A stretch of DNA of 61,845 nt, filler included, from Globobulimina sp. (Eukaryota), in NCBI GenBank assembly GCA_003354225.1. It is 16 parts of 16 records of this genome, joined end to end, with 100 filler letters (N's around TTAATTAATTAA, not from the genome) between each part and the next. Parts side by side here need not be neighbours in the genome. Positions count along the whole stretch, not along the records: positions 58,077 to 61,845 come from PIVH01002126.1; 15 more parts are not named here. One strand, given 5' to 3'. Below are positions 58,077-61,845 of the stretch, piece by piece. A model generated the notes under the pieces. That model saw only the letters and a list, made by a program, of their open reading frames with translations. It was not told where the DNA came from and searched no databases. Made by a program: the position numbers and the translations under genes. Numbering within the stretch: the first letter of the stretch is position 1; every line of letters starts with the position of its first letter.

Positions 58077-58345
58077 TATGATCAAAATCTCTATGTACAG
58101 ATATATATGTAGTCATGTGATCATATCATATATATAGATATGATCAAAATCTCTATGTACAGATATATATGTAGTCATGTGATCATATCTATATATATAG
58201 ATATATGATCAAAATTTCAATGTACGGATAGTAGTCATATACATATCTAATTATGATCATATTTAAATTATATATATATGCAATTGTAACCTAGCTTTGT
58301 GATCATATATGCAATTGTAACATATAGCTTTGTGATCATATCTAG
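58077..58345. repeat. AT-rich tandem repeats (about 62-66 bp x2.5, then about 33 bp x2), rich in TGATCA
   Basis: TATGATCAAAATCTCTATGTACAGATATATATGTAGTCATGTGATCATATC occurs twice, as do ATATATGCAATTGTAAC and TAGCTTTGTGATCATAT. Confidence 0.9.
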
Positions 58346-58927
58346 TTTTGATTTAATATAATTTAATACAACAAACTTATAAAAATACAAACAAACTACA
58401 AAAAAAAATCATAATAGATCACATTTGATCGCTGATTCATTTGTAAATATAAAATTATTCATATCCACTCCCAATCCATAAGAATCCTGCCTTTAGTTAC
58501 CATGCGATTAATGTCTGTAGGATCCCAATCTTTTGGTCTCCAAATACTTAAAAAAGTTAAATACCAATAATCATTCCTTTGAAATAAAAGGTTCATTTGG
58601 CTTGAATGGCTTGCCACAGCGTTCGTTATTACAGAGTAATATGTTTTGCGCTGACATTGAGAGCTCACAGTTTTTTGTGAAAATGAGTTGCTTAAATGAA
58701 CCTTTTCATTTCAAAAAGATTTACAAGTCCGAGAGGCTAATAATGCAATTAATGCATTATAGATGAATATTGTGTCGCGGACTTCTACATCATTTTTGAA
58801 ACGAAAAGGTTTAATTTAAGCTGGTTTTCATCTAATGGCGCACAGTGTGTAAATTAATATGATAGGTAATTGTGAATGGAATGAAATACTGACCACTACT
58901 ATGTGAAAACATTTTTCTAGTTCAACC

Positions 58928-60320
58928 ATGCCACTTTTGACCTCAAAACCCAGAAACCTATTGCCGTTGGACCTCCATTTTGAGAAACCCATTCCCAAAC
59001 CATGTTTCTCTCCTTTAGAGACACCGACCTATACCCACTCCAACGTAGACCCCTCCACTCACAAGCACCAATACTTCACTGCACTCACTCAGTCGTGTCA
59101 CTTCCATGGCACTGTTCTAAACACACAACACAGATCCGTCGTGTCTATGTCACTCTGTCCCAACCGTGGCATTCGCGGTAGAATTGAAGCCTTTGATCAA
59201 ACCTTACTCATTACACCCTCTGCCTATTATTTGGACTTAGAAAAAGATCAGAACGGCTTTCATTCCCTCAGCGATCAAGTCTTAATTTACAGAGAATTCG
59301 ATTTTAATCGCTCCGATGTCAATGCTATCAACGAAGGCGTCATCGATCCTAACAAAGAACCCTTAAAAACTAGTGAACGCAGACGGTTATTTACGTCTTC
59401 CAACCCTGCACAATTGGAAGAAATGATAGGTATGCATACATTATTTTGTAAAAAAATCAGTGATCGGACCTGTGCGAGCAAGAAATTATCAGAGCAATTA
59501 CGGCGACAAATGGTACCAAGAATTGCACGCAAAGACAGCAGATATGATCAATGATATGTCTGCGATTTATAAAGCCACAAATTGGGGATCGGCAGTGGGT
59601 GGAGTCAATAGTCTCAGTATTGTCTTCGCAGGGATACATGTCATATTTGACTTGACGGGCGATTATTCCTCGGTGAGACCCAATAGATTGCCCGGAAAAT
59701 CAGGGGGGACCTGTCCAGTGGGGACGGGTGAATTCAGCGATGATAATTACTGTGCCATTGATGGGCAGGAGTGGTTGGGTAAGATTAAAACGTGGGTCAG
59801 TAATTATTTACAATGGAATGGACAGATGGACAATGTGCAATTATTGTCTGATATGAAATTCGATTGGAATGGCTTTGCATTTATTATCTCAGTTTTATCA
59901 ATTGTGTGCACTCCATTGCACTGCAGTTATTGCAGAGGCACTCCTTTTAAATATTATATTCAAATCGGATCGAAATCGATGGAAGCGTTGAGAAAGGATA
60001 GAAATACAAATGAGATTAGACACATGCTCTGTGAGGCATTTGGTACGCGACCCAAACAGATCCAAATATCGAATAATTGCAGCATTACTGACAAAAGTGA
60101 ATTACAATTGTATATTGTGCACTTTGGTAAGCATTACGCGAATATCAATCAAATAATGGAATTATACAGAGACACTGAGGATTTCTTAAAATTTGAGTTC
60201 AAAAAATATTTTGGTTTGAAGGGAGAGTGTGTCATTCGGTTTAAAAGTATCGATGGTATGTATGACATTGCCATTGGTGAACAGAAGAACAATGATGGAA
60301 GCAAAGGGAGTCCACTATAA
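58928..60320 (+). pseudogene. ADAM/reprolysin (M12B)-like prodomain and partial catalytic domain, lacking HExxH and fused to an unrelated tail
   Basis: Prodomain SCHFHGTV...SVVSMSLC..GIRGRI, RRRL site, 31-bp intron 59430-59460, then INDMSAIYK and DNVQLLSD. No zinc motif occurs before the stop. Confidence 0.6.
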
Positions 60321-60329
60321 TTCACAAAT

Positions 60330-60964
60330 TGAAAAACATAAGTTTGTGCATGGTTTGTGTGGCACTGTAGTGACGGGAAATACCGATGGCGAAGTTGAAT
60401 TACAGAATATAGTTTTGAAAAGCCGCACAGACTATGCACACTATCACAGTCGGACACTCGACACCCGTGCTTTGAAGTGGCGTCGACTTCGCAGAGCACG
60501 GTGTCCGCATGGTCCAATACAATGTGTATGCCATGCGCGATGCTTCCCTCGTTATAATACTCTCTCGTCGGCGGGTGTTTCCCGATGCGAGCGGCCAGCT
60601 CCTCCCGAAAAGTCCCCATCGTGGACCATCTCTTTTCCAGGAGATTTCTTGCGTGGCCTGCGATGACATCATCTCGCCTCTCGCTTAAGTACGCCCACAG
60701 CTCGGCGTAGACGGCGAGGCTATCGTCATTCAATCGCGAGAGCAACTGTGATGTCTCGCGCAGCTTGTCAGCGTCGGAATGTTTGTTCCGCTCCCGCAGA
60801 CGCTCAATGGTTGCAATTGATCGATTAATCGCGCGCCGGTACGCCTCGTGAACCAGTCGCAGTAGCATTGTCTTATGCACTCGCGTCTCATCCATCCCAT
60901 CCTTCAATGACCAAATGACGTCCAAAGTGTACATACTGTGCGACACCTGTCGTTCATTGTACAA
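60330..60964 (-). CDS. Hypothetical protein fragment in a GC-richer island
   Basis: A helical, protein-like ORF coincides with visibly GC-richer DNA at about 60420-61000. Confidence 0.4.
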
Positions 60965-61845
60965 GCTTCGATGTCAGTCCTCAGTGACACAAGATCGCGT
61001 AAGAAAGCTTATGCCATTTTTATTATGTCTCTCACTTGGATCTTGTTTTGAGATTTGTGCAATAGGATTGGCTAATCGAGAAATAATAAAATTGGAATAT
61101 CTGCTGGAATATTGAATTTCATGCCAAATCGCTTTCACCACCAATCTTAGAATATTTTTTTGTAGCTTTGTGTATTTTTTTTTTTTGCGAGGGAGCAAAC
61201 CTGTGAGATTTAAAATCTTACTCAATCTTACTCAATTTCACCGATTTTCGAAAAACTCAAATTCAAGCAATCTGGTCGTTAACAACGTCTATAAACACTA
61301 ACAAGTCACTTCCATCGCCACAGTGACGTTTTCAACAAAACAAACGAAACAAAACACAATAAACAAACACAAAAATCAAAACATATTAAAACATTAACAA
61401 AAAACAATGAAATTACTTATAGACTCAACGCAAATTCGCATTGAAATTTGCAATCTTATAATTGTTGATAATGAGATTCGTTGCATTTTGAGTTTAATTG
61501 CTTGGATTTTGAAGGAAATAATTCGATTGAACCATTATTTATGTCTTGAATGACTTGAATTAGATTGGATTAAGTTGTATATTTATAATCAGATTATAAA
61601 ATAAATTGAATTCCTAATGAATAGATTGCATTGCATTGACATTTGACATATAATAATGTCTTTTATTTTTGCTTTTGCTTGAGATTGTAGTTTCGCGACG
61701 TTTTAGCGGTTTACATACGAAAAGATTTTTAAACTACGATAGCGGTTTACATACGAAACATCTATGTAACATAAGCATATGCTATCTTAGTTTAAAAGCA
61801 ATCTCAAAAACAACAGGCGATTTTACGATAAAAAATAAAAAAAAA

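Noticed and set aside
61704-61758. 19-bp direct repeat TAGCGGTTTACATACGAAA x2 and the terminal A-run
   Set aside because: Two copies at a contig end are too little to call an element or a retroposed poly(A) tail.
1-61845. Alternative genetic code (stop-codon reassignment) to explain split ORFs
   Set aside because: Most splits are resolved by canonical GT-AG introns, and conserved genes end at TAA/TGA at the expected positions.

Overview
This window is not one locus. It is 16 unrelated contigs of about 3.77 kb each (3777 down to 3769 bp, sorted by decreasing length), joined by artificial 100-bp linkers (N44-TTAATTAATTAA-N44). Neighbourhood across linkers is therefore meaningless. Fifteen contigs look like an AT-rich, gene-dense eukaryotic genome with the standard genetic code, short GT-AG introns (about 30-130 bp), very short intergenic regions and several decayed genes. 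The protein style (Pro/Thr linkers, CxGxxSC repeats, SPRY, SH2 and F-box-like proteins) is reminiscent of Foraminifera/Rhizaria; this assignment is inference. Recognisable genes include HSD17B10, a saposin-like ER protein, GH43, a BAR-PH protein, CRAL-TRIO, G-protein beta, an ABCG transporter, a REJ/GPS polycystin-like protein, a ferric reductase/NOX, a Set1-type methyltransferase, an MFS transporter, a multicopper oxidase and RNase Z. The most interesting items are: (1) a pseudo-CHAT + STAND-NTPase + SH2 protein (contig 15); (2) an intron-less contig (27116-30886) of three secreted-protein genes with intergenic palindromes, resembling a giant virus; (3) a MITE-like family shared by two contigs; (4) a five-exon receptor with a Cys-rich ectodomain and cytoplasmic RING; (5) a distorted tRNA-like Pol III element; (6) a recurrent GGGGTTRT intergenic motif. 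All family calls come from visual motif recognition; no database search was run.
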